A DNA stretch of 63,100 nucleotides, counting the filler, from Pirum gemmata (lineage: Eukaryota): assembly GCA_002812295.1 (NCBI GenBank). It is 22 parts of 22 records of this genome, joined end to end, with 100 filler letters (N's around TTAATTAATTAA, not from the genome) between each part and the next. Parts side by side here need not be neighbours in the genome. Positions count along the whole stretch, not along the records: positions 25,001 to 27,625 come from PDIN01005206.1; positions 27,726 to 30,358 come from PDIN01005207.1; positions 30,459 to 33,107 come from PDIN01005208.1; positions 33,208 to 35,849 come from PDIN01005209.1; positions 35,950 to 38,304 come from PDIN01005210.1; positions 38,405 to 41,070 come from PDIN01005211.1; 16 more parts are not named here. One strand, given 5' to 3'. The notes below the pieces were generated by a model. The model saw only the letters and a program-made list of their open reading frames with translations, did not search any database and was not told the DNA's origin. Positions 26,746-39,448 of this stretch are shown one piece after another. The first letter of the stretch is position 1. The number at the start of each line of letters is the position of its first letter. Made by a program: the position numbers and the translations under genes.

Positions 26746-27738
26746 TCAAATGAGTTTTGGTATCTCACAAGCAGATAATTATATCCAAATACAAGCCAGA
26801 AGAAGGGGTTAACTACTTAGTATTACTAACCTAATAATTATATTACTATTATTTCTATTACTACTACTACTACTATTACTACTACTACTACTACTACTAC
26901 CCAGCTTCGACCCAGGCAGAAAGCTGGAAGTAGTAGTAGAATACATACTCAGTAGTAGTAGTAGTTAATTAATTAAGGTTTAATGTTAATAATATGTTAT
27001 ATTTTAAAATATAATATAAAAATATTGCTCATGTTTTATCTTATTTTTTGAGTTTTTCCTGTTTTTCGACCATTATAAGCATGTATTACTTTTTCTGGCT
27101 TAATAACGTCTCGACACCCTGTTTCTAGCAGCCTAACATTTTGCCTTTCTGCTTCTTCTATGCGTTGTTTGTCCTTTGCAGCTTGTATTTGTTCAGGGGT
27201 TTTGTTTATGCTAATTTTTTTAGGTTTTTTATCACTAACCCGCAATTGTACTTTTTGATGTAAAGCGTTATTTTTGCGAGTGGCTTTACGGGAGGAAGAA
27301 TCAATTCTCATTGTTATATATATTAATAATACCAATTTTTATTATATTATTAATATTCGTTGTTGTTGTTGTTTGTTGTTGTTATATATTGTTATAATAT
27401 TGGTGTTGTTATTAATAGTTGTTGAGGTAGTGGTGGTGGGTTGTTATATATTGTTATAATATTAGTGTTGTTAGTTGTTGAGGTAGTGGTGGTGGTGGTG
27501 GTTGTTTTTTGTTATTAATAAATATTAATTAATGTTATTAATTATAATTATTGTTATTATATTATAATTATTGTTATTATAATTATTGTTATTATAATTA
27601 TTGTTATTATAATTATTGTTATTATNNNNNNNNNNNNNNNNNNNNNNNNNNNNNNNNNNNNNNNNNNNNTTAATTAATTAANNNNNNNNNNNNNNNNNNN
27701 NNNNNNNNNNNNNNNNNNNNNNNNNTTATTTATTATTC

Positions 27739-27780
<42 letters not shown>

Positions 27781-27916
27781 CACCCACTAGTACGAATAAA
27801 CTAAATAAACAAATAAAACAATCAACATAACAAAAGCAACTGCTAGCGATTAATTAAAATTTGAAAAGAAACAAACAAAGAAACAACATTATAAAAAGAC
27901 AAAACATAACAAAAAA

Positions 27917-29113
27917 ATGTTTGTAGTCAATTCATTATCGGCGGTCATGATGCTCGTTGCTCCTACTTTCGGTGCTAACCTACAAGAGCAACCAGATTTG
28001 TTTTTGATTAATAATAATAAAATGTCAAAGCCTCTTGAAGATCGTGTTTTCGATCCTCGAGATGGAAAATATTTTAACGCTTTTACTGGCACAGCTTTCT
28101 GTGACATAAAAACCGACGTAAGCAAATGGGACTGTTGGACTTGCAAAGAAACTGGTATTAAAGCTGACGTCATAAAAGCTGAAATTTTTAATGCAAGCCA
28201 CATGCAAGGTGTAATAGCCGCGGATACTTTTAATTATAGAATTACCATCGCCTTTCGGGGTACTAGTAATAATGCTGACACTATAGCAGATGCGAGATTT
28301 CTGTTGACACCCTATAAAAATACAGAATATTGCACAACAAACGATTGTGGAAGTGTCCATACCGGATTCTTGGAAAGTTGGAATACTGCAAAACCAACAG
28401 TGTTGAAAAGATTACAAGAATTCAAAGAGAGTATTCCGGATTTTGATAAATACGATATCCATTTTTCCGGTCATTCTTTTGGGGGTGCCATTGCAGCATT
28501 AGGAGCGATTGATTTGAGTCAAAGTACCGATTACAACATTGGTACAACATTCACGTACGGGCAGCCGCGCATAGGGAACCGTAAATTTGCTGATTACTAT
28601 AATACCCTTATGAAACTTTTCCGTATAGTAAACTATTCCGATCCTGTACCTCACTTACCTCCATTATCAGCATACTATGAGCACGCAGGGCATGAAGTGT
28701 TTTACAAAAATAGAGAACAACTGCGAGAAAAATGGAAATTATACGATTATCGTATTTGTTTAGATTCCGACTTTAATAATGGCGAGGGATCCCATTGTGA
28801 TGATCCTAATCGATCTTGTAGCAACTGTTTGCCTGAGATTAAAAATGAAGATTTTATAATTCCCTTTATCGATATCGGAAGAAGGGTTTTTTTTGACCTG
28901 GTCGGTATTAAAGATCAACTTTTTTACCATGTGCAAAATTACTATAATCTACGACGTGTAGATTGTTGTAATCGTCATGCAGAAAATGAAAAATGCGATA
29001 CAACAGCTAGTCATGGTTGGTCTGAAGAGGAAAAAAGGTTAATTCACGAAGCCGAAATAAAGAAGAGGAGGGAAACATCTCTTTTTTCATATCTTCGCCA
29101 GTCCATTAATTAA
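27917..29113 (+). CDS. Secreted class-3 lipase (alpha/beta hydrolase), 398 aa, intronless
   Basis: Hydrophobic signal-like N-terminus, IAFRGT, VHTGF, GHSFGG nucleophile elbow, TYGQPRIGN, RIVNYSDPVPHLPP, YEHAGHEV. Confidence 0.93.
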   Translation: MFVVNSLSAVMMLVAPTFGANLQEQPDLFLINNNKMSKPLEDRVFDPRDGKYFNAFTGTAFCDIKTDVSKWDCWTCKETGIKADVIKAEIFNASHMQGVIAADTFNYRITIAFRGTSNNADTIADARFLLTPYKNTEYCTTNDCGSVHTGFLESWNTAKPTVLKRLQEFKESIPDFDKYDIHFSGHSFGGAIAALGAIDLSQSTDYNIGTTFTYGQPRIGNRKFADYYNTLMKLFRIVNYSDPVPHLPPLSAYYEHAGHEVFYKNREQLREKWKLYDYRICLDSDFNNGEGSHCDDPNRSCSNCLPEIKNEDFIIPFIDIGRRVFFDLVGIKDQLFYHVQNYYNLRRVDCCNRHAENEKCDTTASHGWSEEEKRLIHEAEIKKRRETSLFSYLRQSIN

Positions 29114-30457
29114 TTTTTCTTGAGCGTTTCCCCCACTTTTTTCAGAGCCTTTTCCTCGACTTTTTTCTTAAGTTTTTCATTAACTTGACAGCATAATATA
29201 ATATGCATTTACAATAGAAATTTCTCCCTATCGTAATGCTAAAAAAATAGGTTAGCCCTTTTCCTTTTGGATCAGTTGATATGAAATAAATCCTTTAACC
29301 CATAAGTTTCTTTTGATATTGAAATATAGCAAATCTTCGAAGAGCTTCTTTTAATAATGTATCAATTAGTTACCAAAATGATTGTGTTTTAAAATAATAT
29401 TATAATTAGTAATTTAATTTTTTAATTAAAACAATTTATAAAAAACAAAATAAAAAAAGAAGTTTCCCTGATTTTGATTTCTGATTTCGTCTTTTATTAT
29501 TACTAGGGATTACTAATTAAGTTTAAGGACTCTTTGGTTTAGCTTTTATTTTTTTTAAAATAAAAAAAAGTTAATATTCTGTGCAGCTGTACAATAGAAG
29601 TGCTTGGTTTGGTTTTTGAACTTTATTTTGATTTTTGATTAAGGGCAACACTGGAAAACTGGAGGACCAAAACACCGAAAATATATTCACTAAACTTAAA
29701 TATTGTATTGTATTGTATCACAGCTTCATAAAACAAATTCATAACCAAACTAATAATTAATTTATAAACATGAGAACTACCAACAAACAAGTTGGTTTCG
29801 GTAGTTCTTATATCTGTTGATAAAAGAACTTTTAAGAAGTAACTGGTACTGTTATTATAAAGCAAAACTATTTACCTTGTTTTTTCTATATATAGTTACA
29901 TAAGATACATATATAGTAACTATAGAAAATGCTGTATCCTTTTATGTAACTTCTTTCCTATTCTTTTCCCTAGATTCTTTTCCTTTCAAAATCCTCTTCT
30001 AAAAAGTAAAGATATTTTGTCCCCATAAATAGAAAAACACAATTTTCAACCTACCTGATTATATTATTTTTACCAATTTAAAATCATAAAAAAAATTTGG
30101 AAGCTACTAAATAAACCAACTCGGTTGTCTATATTTGTCTATAATGACTCTATATTTAGAAGACTAGCACAAAAAAAGCTTTTTTTTTTACTTTTTTAGA
30201 CTAGACCTTTTTTATTTTTTTGTATCTGATATTTTTTAATAGGCAAGGACTTCAATTTTTGAAGTCCTTGATTTAGGCTATGACACAATTTGTCTACTCA
30301 TCTAGAGTTTAATTTTTAGTTAGGGTTAGGGTTAGGGTCAGGGTTAGGGTCAGGGTTANNNNNNNNNNNNNNNNNNNNNNNNNNNNNNNNNNNNNNNNNN
30401 NNTTAATTAATTAANNNNNNNNNNNNNNNNNNNNNNNNNNNNNNNNNNNNNNNNNNN

Positions 30458-30559
30458 NGGGGTAGGTAGTCCTTCTCAAACGTGATAGGTTGTTACATGG
30501 GGGGTAGTAGGGTAGGTTTTTGTCCCAAATCGGCGTTACGTAATTATTGAACGCTCCCC
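30458..30559. mobile_element. End of a MITE-like family with GGGAGCGTTCAA-type termini (other copies at 48239-48385 and 49212-49334)
   Basis: Terminus acgtaattattgaacgctccc; the other copies start (ga)gcgttcaaat and end gacgtattatttgaac, with internal cctacc repeats. Confidence 0.6.
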
Positions 30560-30599
30560 TAGTAGTCAACAGTACTTGAAGCAATGGAAACATGCGGCT

Positions 30600-31150
30600 A
30601 CATGCCATTATCATTTTTTATTTCCGAAACCACAAAAAAATCCACAAGATTGCAACAACTACAGGGCCAATAAACAAGTCTACTACTAGTCTAACTAGAC
30701 TACCAAAACTCTCCAGAATACAAGAAATAGTAATTAAAAACCGACTGCTAACTTTCCTGGAAGAAAATAATATAATTATTATTAGTAACACAACCTCTGG
30801 CTTTATGGTAAAACGAAGAACCTGGGATGCCTTATTTCAAATAACTCAGCTTGACAAGCAAGCACTAAATGACCCAAAGAATCGACAGATGATATTTATA
30901 ATATTATTGCTACTATTGATATTCAAAAGGCGTTTGACAAACTATGGGAAAAAGGACTGCTACACAAATTACGCTTTCTTTTTAGTCTAAAAGGGACTGA
31001 CTGGGGATCCAATGCAGTTACTCTATTCAGAACTTATAAGTTCAAAATAAGATCGATAACTGACTCCTCAGCTATAGTGATGATCCCAAAAGATAAAGAG
31101 AAACTAGAAGTAATACAAAACAAGGCAATGAGTTTGATAGCAGAAGTGCG
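30600..31150 (+). pseudogene. Decayed non-LTR (LINE) retrotransposon reverse transcriptase
   Basis: Frameshifted RT motifs: IKNRLLTFLEENNII..SGF..RRTWDALFQITQ, then IDIQKAFDKLWEKGLLHKL in another frame (~30915-30972), then KLEVIQNKAMSLIA. Confidence 0.8.
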
Positions 31151-31789
31151 ACAGAATCAAAATAGAAGACCTCCTATAACCGACAAATCTACCAACGATA
31201 GGGCAATGTTCACTCCAGCTGATTCACAAAGTATTCACAACTACCTTCAACAAGCAACAACTCACAATGAAGTAATAATACAACAAGTGAAAGACTATCA
31301 CCACAATGGCACCAGTAGGAATATGAAGGAAGGAACTCCTTATAATAAAAATTGCAAAACACCACCAACAACACTAATTGGCAACTTAAATGAATCAAAA
31401 GATTATGAAAACAAAGAATATATATACAAAGGAAAAAATAATAGAAAACGGGTGTGAAATGAAAAAGAAATGAACACAAGAATCAATGACGTCAGTATAC
31501 CTTCTACTAACCAATATGTAAAATGAAATACGTAGCAAGAAGGGGTGAAAGTATTGTGTTGCCATCATTTATTTTTTTATTTTTATTATTATTATTATTT
31601 TCCTTCTTCTTCTACTTCTATCATAATATGATAAGAAGAATAAAAAAGAGTGAAGTAGTTATTATTTTTATCTTTGTTGTTTGGTCATGTTCTTAGATAA
31701 ATCCGTGAGCATTAATTAATGTGATGGTATCTAGCTTAGAATCTGTGTTTGCGAGTCGTGTTTGTTGGTCCTCGCCATTATACTACGGT

Positions 31790-32110
31790 CCTATATGAAC
31801 ATTCAAGCTATGTTTAGTTCCAAATACCTTTTTTCACAATGGTTACATTTATAATCTTTTTGTTTCAAATGAACAGAGTTTACATGCGCAATTAAGTTAC
31901 CCTTAGCTCCAAAAATGCCTTTCCACAATAGTGCATTAGTGTTGCATTTATAATCTTTGTCTTTCAAATGAACAATTTTAACATGTCTTTTGATATTATA
32001 CTTATATTTAGATGAAGAAAATTTTAATATTCATTTGAAACAAAAAGATTATAAATGTAACCATTGTGGAAAGGCATTTGGAACTAAATATAGCTTAAAA
32101 GTACATATAA
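31790..32110. pseudogene. Degenerate C2H2 zinc-finger array: two units on the minus strand, one inverted on the plus strand
   Basis: Plus strand 32029-32109 reads IHLKQKDYKCNHCGKAFGTKYSLKVHI. Minus strand 31975-31790 gives frameshifted VHLKDKDYKC..CGKAF..GAKGNLIAHVNSVHLKQKDYKCNHCEK..FGTKHSLNVHI. Confidence 0.75.
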
Positions 32111-33782
32111 ACTCTTATATATATATATATATCATACGGAACTCTTAAATATATATAATATCATACGGAATGAAATTACATTTGATTTATTAGCACGAAA
32201 TATCTCAGTAATGCTTGATGGATTTTTGGAGATGATACAAAGTGTAAAGAAAACGAATATAGTGATATGAAATGATACGTAACCGTAATAATAATACATT
32301 CTTTGAAAACTTAGGTGTCTTTTTGAAGCTTTTGAAACGGCAGTACCAAACCACCAAACGCATATATAGTATGGTAGACTTGACACTTGACGTTGGTAAC
32401 ACCTAACTAACTAGTTGCTTGTGAAAAATGCGAAAAAATAATGCGAAAAATTAAGGAAAACCACGCATTGTGGGCCAAATAACTAGAGTCAAATAAGGAA
32501 TATTTGTTACTATACAACCAGCGGGAAATTTGCGATTATTTTTATGCTCGTTAAAAAAAATGACATCAAATTTTTTAATAAATTTATTAAAACGAATATT
32601 TAAAATTTTGATCGAAATTTAAAATTTTGATCGAAATATAACGAAAAGAAGAGCAATATTTCGCATTTTCTGATAGCTCTCTATCAATAGAGTATCAATA
32701 GCTAGCTACAGCTGGCTAGCGTAGAGTAGCTAGCTACTACTAGAGTGGCTACTCTGGAGAGGGGAACATTCATAATAAAAGACATCACTTATTCTTTGAT
32801 AAAAGTCATTGCTCGAAAGTGTGACTTAAACTATTTTAGGCAGTAATTAATTATTAAAATGAACTTTAAAATCATGACCAAAAATGTTTTGGACAAAGAG
32901 GCATAGGTAAGATTAGATGACGTCATTTATTGATGATTCCTATCTAGCTAGCTAGCTAGCTAGCTAGAGCTTGCACGGCACACATGGATACAGAAACCCA
33001 TGTAATAATATTATCATTTTGTCATTTTGTGTATTATAGCATTTTTATTATCATACTTTGAAAATCGCTATTAATACATAGATATAATAAATAATAATAA
33101 TAATAATNNNNNNNNNNNNNNNNNNNNNNNNNNNNNNNNNNNNNNNNNNNNTTAATTAATTAANNNNNNNNNNNNNNNNNNNNNNNNNNNNNNNNNNNNN
33201 NNNNNNNTGGGTGGATGGGTGTGTATTAATTAAACTTAAAGTCACAACAAAAGTGTAGCTCTTGTGTAAAAATGATAATAATAATATTAACTATTATCAT
33301 AATAATATTATTATTATTAACTATTATCATAATAATATCATAATAATATTATAACTATTATCATAATAATATTATTAATTAACTATTAAAATAATAATAT
33401 TATGTAAAAATGATAATAATAATATCAATTATTATCATACATATTATGATATTATAATTATATTTTAAAATAATAATAATATAACAATAAATTCAATTCA
33501 AAATAATTATTATTATTATTATTATTAGTAAGATAAACTTTTACTGTCTTTTAAACTTGTATTAATTTTATATATAACATGGTAGTACATAAGTATCGTA
33601 TTTCAAATTTAAATAAAGTCATGCATGAATGGGAATATTATATAGAGTGATAATAAACTATAATATCATGATTATACAGTAATTATTCAAGGCGAAACAT
33701 AAAGTATTCAATACCAATTCAATGTCGTTATTGTTTTTATTATTATTGATTATTATTGTTATTATTATCGAGATTATCGTTA

Positions 33783-34463
33783 TCAACAATTAACTTCTTT
33801 TCTAGCAACATTAGTCCTTTTAAAGCAAGAAACTGCAAGGCCTATCAAAGCAAAAGTAGAAAAGACAATCATTAAAATACCCATATAAAAAGCATAGTCA
33901 AACTTTAAATGTCCATTTGCTATCCTTAAGCTTGTTTTATACCAAAGGAAATGATCCATATTGGAGAAAACTGCGTAAGTTGTAAAGAATGTTATCCAAG
34001 AACAAATAAAGGCAAGAGATATCAACACGACGGTGGCAATGAGACTATTACGACTACAACCGCTGTCTTGAGAAGTAAATAGGGCGAAAGTGAATAATAT
34101 AATACCAATTAATATAAAAGACCCACCTATCACGGCTGTTAATCTTGCAGTGTTGTAGGTATCACATGTTGATTGATCAAAAAATGGATGAGGGTCTGTG
34201 GCGAAACCAACGTTATAAGCAATAGAACAATCCCATAATACTAATTGACACGCATAAGCAGTATTGAGACCAAAATAATCAGTAGTGCTACCTATATTTG
34301 GAGCACATAATTGGAAAAGACCCATATGCACATTACTAGTATTAATACTATTTCCAGTTAACTTAGCAATATGTGTGTCGGCAACAAATACAGCAAAGCC
34401 CACCAATGCTAATAACAAGGAAATGCAAATGGTTATATTGATAATGATATTGAATTTCTGCAT
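33783..34463 (-). CDS. Claudin/PMP22-superfamily-like 4-TM protein, 226 aa
   Basis: N-terminal TM, then a large loop with MGLFQLC (GLW-like) and Cys residues ending CDTYNTAR, followed by TM2, TM3, a short loop and FDYAFY-TM4. Confidence 0.7.
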   Translation of the reverse strand: MQKFNIIINITICISLLLALVGFAVFVADTHIAKLTGNSINTSNVHMGLFQLCAPNIGSTTDYFGLNTAYACQLVLWDCSIAYNVGFATDPHPFFDQSTCDTYNTARLTAVIGGSFILIGIILFTFALFTSQDSGCSRNSLIATVVLISLAFICSWITFFTTYAVFSNMDHFLWYKTSLRIANGHLKFDYAFYMGILMIVFSTFALIGLAVSCFKRTNVARKEVNC

Positions 34464-35385
34464 TTTTAATTAATATAGTCTCTTTGCTTTATGTTGAATT
34501 TGATTTGTTTGTTATGTCTGTTTGTTTTTTTATTTATTTATTTGTTGTACTTTTTGCTTTTTTGTTTTTTGTTTTTTGTTTTTTGTTTTTTTGTTTTTTG
34601 TTTTTTGTTTTTTGTATTCTTTTCTTTGTATTTTGTATTTTGTTTTTGTTTTTTGTTTTTTGTTTTTTATATTTTACAACAACTTTTAGAAGTCTTTTTA
34701 TACCCCCTGTTTATACCCCACCCTTTCCAAATTTTCTACAATGTGGTTTTTGGAGCTGTTTTTGGTATGATTTATAATATACCGGGTAGAACCAGTCCGG
34801 TTTTGGATGTTTGGAGTATGTTTGGGTTTTTGTCAGAATGACTTGAGCCTTTACCCAAACCCACATCTAGCTAGCTAGCTAGAGTCTCTGAGTACTCTCT
34901 TAGTTTAGCTAGCTAGCTAGAGGGTCCCAGTCTTTTGTTGTTGTATAAATAGTAAAAGGGTTTTTTTTCGGTGAGGGGTAGGGACCGTAGGGTTAGGGAG
35001 GGTTAGGGTTAGGGTTAGGGTTAGGGTTTAATTAATTAATATGCCCAGGAACCACCTTTCCATTATGCATTATGCATAGTATTTGTTAAAAATTTTTTTA
35101 AAAAAACTTCTAGACTAGATTTTTTAAAAAAAAAGATAATAAATACACTACCAATAATATATCCCAAAGGTGACCACCAGGGAGATCCACAGCCTATCCT
35201 ACCGGTTACAACAACCCTAGGTTTTTTAAATACAACCAAGGGTGCTTTTCAAAAAAAAAATTGATTATTTTTGGAGACCAGTAAAAGTACTTGGATTTTC
35301 TTTCGAACCCACCGCAGTCATCCACAATTCCACAGTCCCACCACCCAAAAAAAAAACACCAAAATTCTCAAATTTTTTTTTAAAA

Positions 35386-35488
35386 TACCAAAGACTCCAT
35401 GAAAAAGAAGTTTTGTTTTTTCATGGAGTCCTTGCATGTATTATTCTATATCAAAGACTCCATCAGTTTTTCATGGAGTCTTTGGTAT
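35386..35488. repeat. Short inverted-repeat element
   Basis: taccaaagactccatgaaaaa ... tttttcatggagtctttggta, with internal copies of the same motif. Confidence 0.75.
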
Positions 35489-35949
35489 AATAATTATCAA
35501 TATATGATATATAATATAGACACTTTATACAACAAAAGTGTAAAGTAAATTTGTTTTCTAGATTATTAAATTTTCTTGAATGAACTGGTCTTCTGAGCCG
35601 TCTTCATCATTAGCTTCATCATTGCTTTCTCATGTTTGAGTTGGAAGCAGGCTTCTATAATAATAATATAGTAAAATATCTTTTTTTACTTTTTTTAATT
35701 ATAATTACTTTTTGAAAAATAATTAAAAAGTGTTTTGAATGGTCTTTTTGGAGGTCGTACTGGCTTTCTCTTCGGTTCAGATACATTTTCATCATCTTCA
35801 GCATCGTCATCATCGTCATCATCACATTATTATTATTATTATTATTATTNNNNNNNNNNNNNNNNNNNNNNNNNNNNNNNNNNNNNNNNNNNNTTAATTA
35901 ATTAANNNNNNNNNNNNNNNNNNNNNNNNNNNNNNNNNNNNNNNNNNNN

Positions 35950-38030
35950 TAAAGGGTTCCAGGTAGTAATTTAAATCCATCAAAAATTAAAGCAAATCCA
36001 GCTGCTTTATTCAAGTTTCATGCTGATTTGTTCAAGAAGAAAACGATAAATTTACTTTACGCCTTCGCTGAATTAGACCTAACGGGTTAATTTAGGGTTA
36101 GAGTGGGGGGTCATTAGGGGAATGCTTAGGGTTGGTAGTAGCTTTAACCCCTACCTCCCTAAAGGGTTCCAGGTAATTGTTTTAAGTATACTAATTTCAA
36201 TCCATCAAAAATTAAAGCAAATCCAGCTGCCTTAAAATTTTATTCTGATTTTGGTCAAGAAGAAAAAGATAATTTTACTCTACACCTTCGCTGAATTACA
36301 TCTAACGGGTTAATTGAAGGTTAGAGTGGGGGGTAATTAGGGGAATGATTAGGGTTATTAGTACCCTAAAGGGTTCCATTTAGTTGTTCTAATTATACTA
36401 ATTTCAATCCATCAAAAATTAAAATAAACCCAGCTGCGTTAAAGTTTTATTCTGATTTAGTTCAAGAAGAAAAAGATAAATTTACTCTTGGATTGTATTT
36501 GTGTTACTAACTTCAATCCATCAAAAATTAAAGCAAATCCAGCTGCCTTAAAATTTTATTCTGATTTTGGTCAAGAAGAAAAAGATAATTTTACTCTACA
36601 CCTTCGCTGAATTAGATCTAACGGGTTAATTGAAGGTTAGAGCGGGGGGTAATCAAGGGAATGATTAGGGTTATTAGTACCCTAAAGGGTTCCAGTTAGC
36701 TGTTTTAATTATACTAATTTCAATCCATCAAAAATCAAAATAAACCCAGCTGCGTTAAAGTTTTATTCTGATTTAGTTCAAGAAGAAAAAGATAAATTTA
36801 CTCTTACACCTTCGCTGAATTAGATCTAACGGGTTAATTGAAGGTTAGAGTGGGGGGTAATTAGGGGAAGGATTAGGGTTAGTAGTACCTTAAAGGGTTC
36901 CAGTTAGTTGTTTTAATTATACTAATTTCAATCCATCAAAAATTAAAGTAAACCCAGCTGCGTTAAAGTTTAATTCTGATTTAGTTCAAGAAGAAAAAGA
37001 TAAATTTACTCTTACACCTTCGCTGAATTAGATTTAACGGGTTAATTGAAGGTTAGAGTGGGGTGTAATTAGGGGAATAATTAGGGTTAGACTCCTACCA
37101 CCCTAAAGGGTTCCAGGTAATTGTTTTAATTATACTCATTTCAATCCATCAAAAATGAAAGCAAATCCAGCTGCGTTAAAGTTTTATGTTGATTTAGTTC
37201 AAAAAGAAAAAGATAAATTTACTTTACACCTTCGCTGAAACAGAACTAACGGGATTAAGTTAGGGTTAGATAGAGTGAGGGGCAATTAGGGGAATGATTA
37301 GGTTTAGTAGTAGCTTTAACTCCTACCACCCTAAAGGGTGTTCCAGGTGGTTGTTTTAATACTAATTTCAATCCATCAAAAATGAAAGCAAATCCAGCTG
37401 CGGTAAATTTTATGTTGATTTAGTTCAAAAAGAAAAAGATAAATTTACTTTACACCTTTGCTGAATCAGAACTAACGGGATTAAGTTAGGGTTAGTGTGA
37501 GGGGTAATTAGGGGAATGATTAGGTTCAGTAGTAGCTTTAACTCCTACCACCCTAAAGGGTGTTCCAGGTGGTTGTTTTAATTATACTAATTTCAACCCA
37601 TCTAAAATGAAAGCAAATGTTCCAGGTGGTTGTTTTAATTATACTAATTTCAATCCATCCATAAAAAATGAAAGCAAATCCAGCTGCGTTAAATTCTATG
37701 TTGATTTAGTTCAAAAAGAAAAAGATAAATTTACTTTACACCTTTGCTGAATCAGAACTAACGGGATTAAGTTAGGGTTAGAGTGAGGGGTAATTAGGGG
37801 AATGATTAGGTTTAGTAGTAGCTTTAACTCTACCACCCTAAAGGGTGTTCCAGGCAGTTGTTATGATTAGAGAAAAAGATAAATTTACTCCACACCTTCG
37901 CTGAATTAGACCTGCCGGGTTAAGTTGGGGTTAGTGGTGGTAGGGGTGGGGGGTAATAGGGGAATGATTAGGGTTAGTAGTAGCTTTAACTCCTACCATC
38001 CTGAAGGGTTCCAAGCAGTTATTTTAATTA
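35950..38030 (+). repeat. Tandem satellite, ~205-225-bp unit, ~10 diverged copies
   Basis: taaaggg(tg)ttcc recurs at ~35950, 36160, 36367, 36683, 36891, 37104, 37333, 37554, 37839 and 38003. Each unit is a conserved core plus a G-rich ttaggg-like segment. Confidence 0.95.
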
Positions 38031-38696
38031 TATACGATATGGCAAAATTAATTAACTAAAAAATAATATGCTGTTATAAAGTATATAGCCACCCTATATA
38101 GCTACATTGTTAAAATGATGAGCATAAAATAAAGGCATCGAACAGTTATAGATAGTTTAAGTAATAGTAACTGTTATAGTTATAGTTATATAGCTATAGT
38201 TACAGTTATAGTTATTTATATAATTAGTTATATAGTTATTAATATATAATTATAGTTATAATTATAGTTATAGTTATAGTTATAGTTATACATAGTTAAA
38301 TGTTNNNNNNNNNNNNNNNNNNNNNNNNNNNNNNNNNNNNNNNNNNNNTTAATTAATTAANNNNNNNNNNNNNNNNNNNNNNNNNNNNNNNNNNNNNNNN
38401 NNNNCTATATACTTTTTAAATTAATAATAATTTGTATAATATTATTATATTAATTGTTATTTTAATTAAAAAAGTTTATTAATACTACTATTATTTTTAT
38501 TCCAGCAGTTTTAAACAGATCAATCTATTTTGTAAATATTGTAGATATTATTAAACTATTGATAATAAATATAGTTCGAGAATTATAAAATAAAATGGTT
38601 AGAATCCCACACCCATGTATAATTATGGTTATTAAACGTTTTTGGGTTTCGGACTGTTTCGGTTTGTAGCCTTTAGAAAGAATTGTGTTGTATATA

Positions 38697-38952
38697 TTTT
38701 TTAACAGCCAAGGCGGATAAAACTGCAAATAGTCCATCATTTTTTTTTATATTTCTTTTCTAAAAACCTTTTTTAAATTTAATGTAAACTAGCCAGATTA
38801 TTTTTAAAAACTAGCCATTGGTTCATAATAGAGTTTTCTTGCTAGGCGTTTTCTCAAAATTTGGTAGTACTTACTTTAAAAAATTGACGATTTTGAGATT
38901 TTTGGATTTTTGCATCTCATATGGCGGACGTCACCATTTTTATCCGGCTTTG
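38697..38952 (+). mobile_element. MITE-like family A, near full-length copy
   Basis: ttttttaacagccaaggcggataaaa ... tttttatccggcttt termini. Confidence 0.75.
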
Positions 38953-39448
38953 CATGATAGTTAATATATACCATGGTATAATTATATTATGAGACCCATA
39001 GACTGTTGCCTGCAAAATAAAAAATAAAAAACCACAACCACAAACACATGTATTTTTTATTTATAACAGACCTCAAAAGTGCTCAAAGAGGAGTCTCAAA
39101 TTTCAAAGTACATCTTTTGTATATATATTATATATTATATTAAATAGTATAATATTATAATATTATGGTTCGCAAACTAATAATAAAATATTAATCAAGA
39201 AACCTAGCTAGTGGTAGGTTTTTTTGAAAATCTGAAAAATGACTTTGTAACCTTATCACTCCATATTATATCGATATATAAACATATATATTATATAAAC
39301 CTTAGCAAAATGAGCAATACAACGAAAAAATGCAAAAAAAAAACAACAAACAAAACAAATACAAAAGCAATAACTATAATATTATATAACTATAATATTA
39401 TATACATTTTAATTTGATAAAATAAATAAATAAGCAAATATAATTATA

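Noticed and set aside
27036..27335. Basic 99-aa ORF; likewise 47112-47270 and 5654-5980
   Set aside because: These could be exons, but there is no recognisable family or enough support to call them.
35950..38030. CRISPR-like array
   Set aside because: The whole unit is repeated with no unique spacers, no cas genes are present, and the context is eukaryotic.
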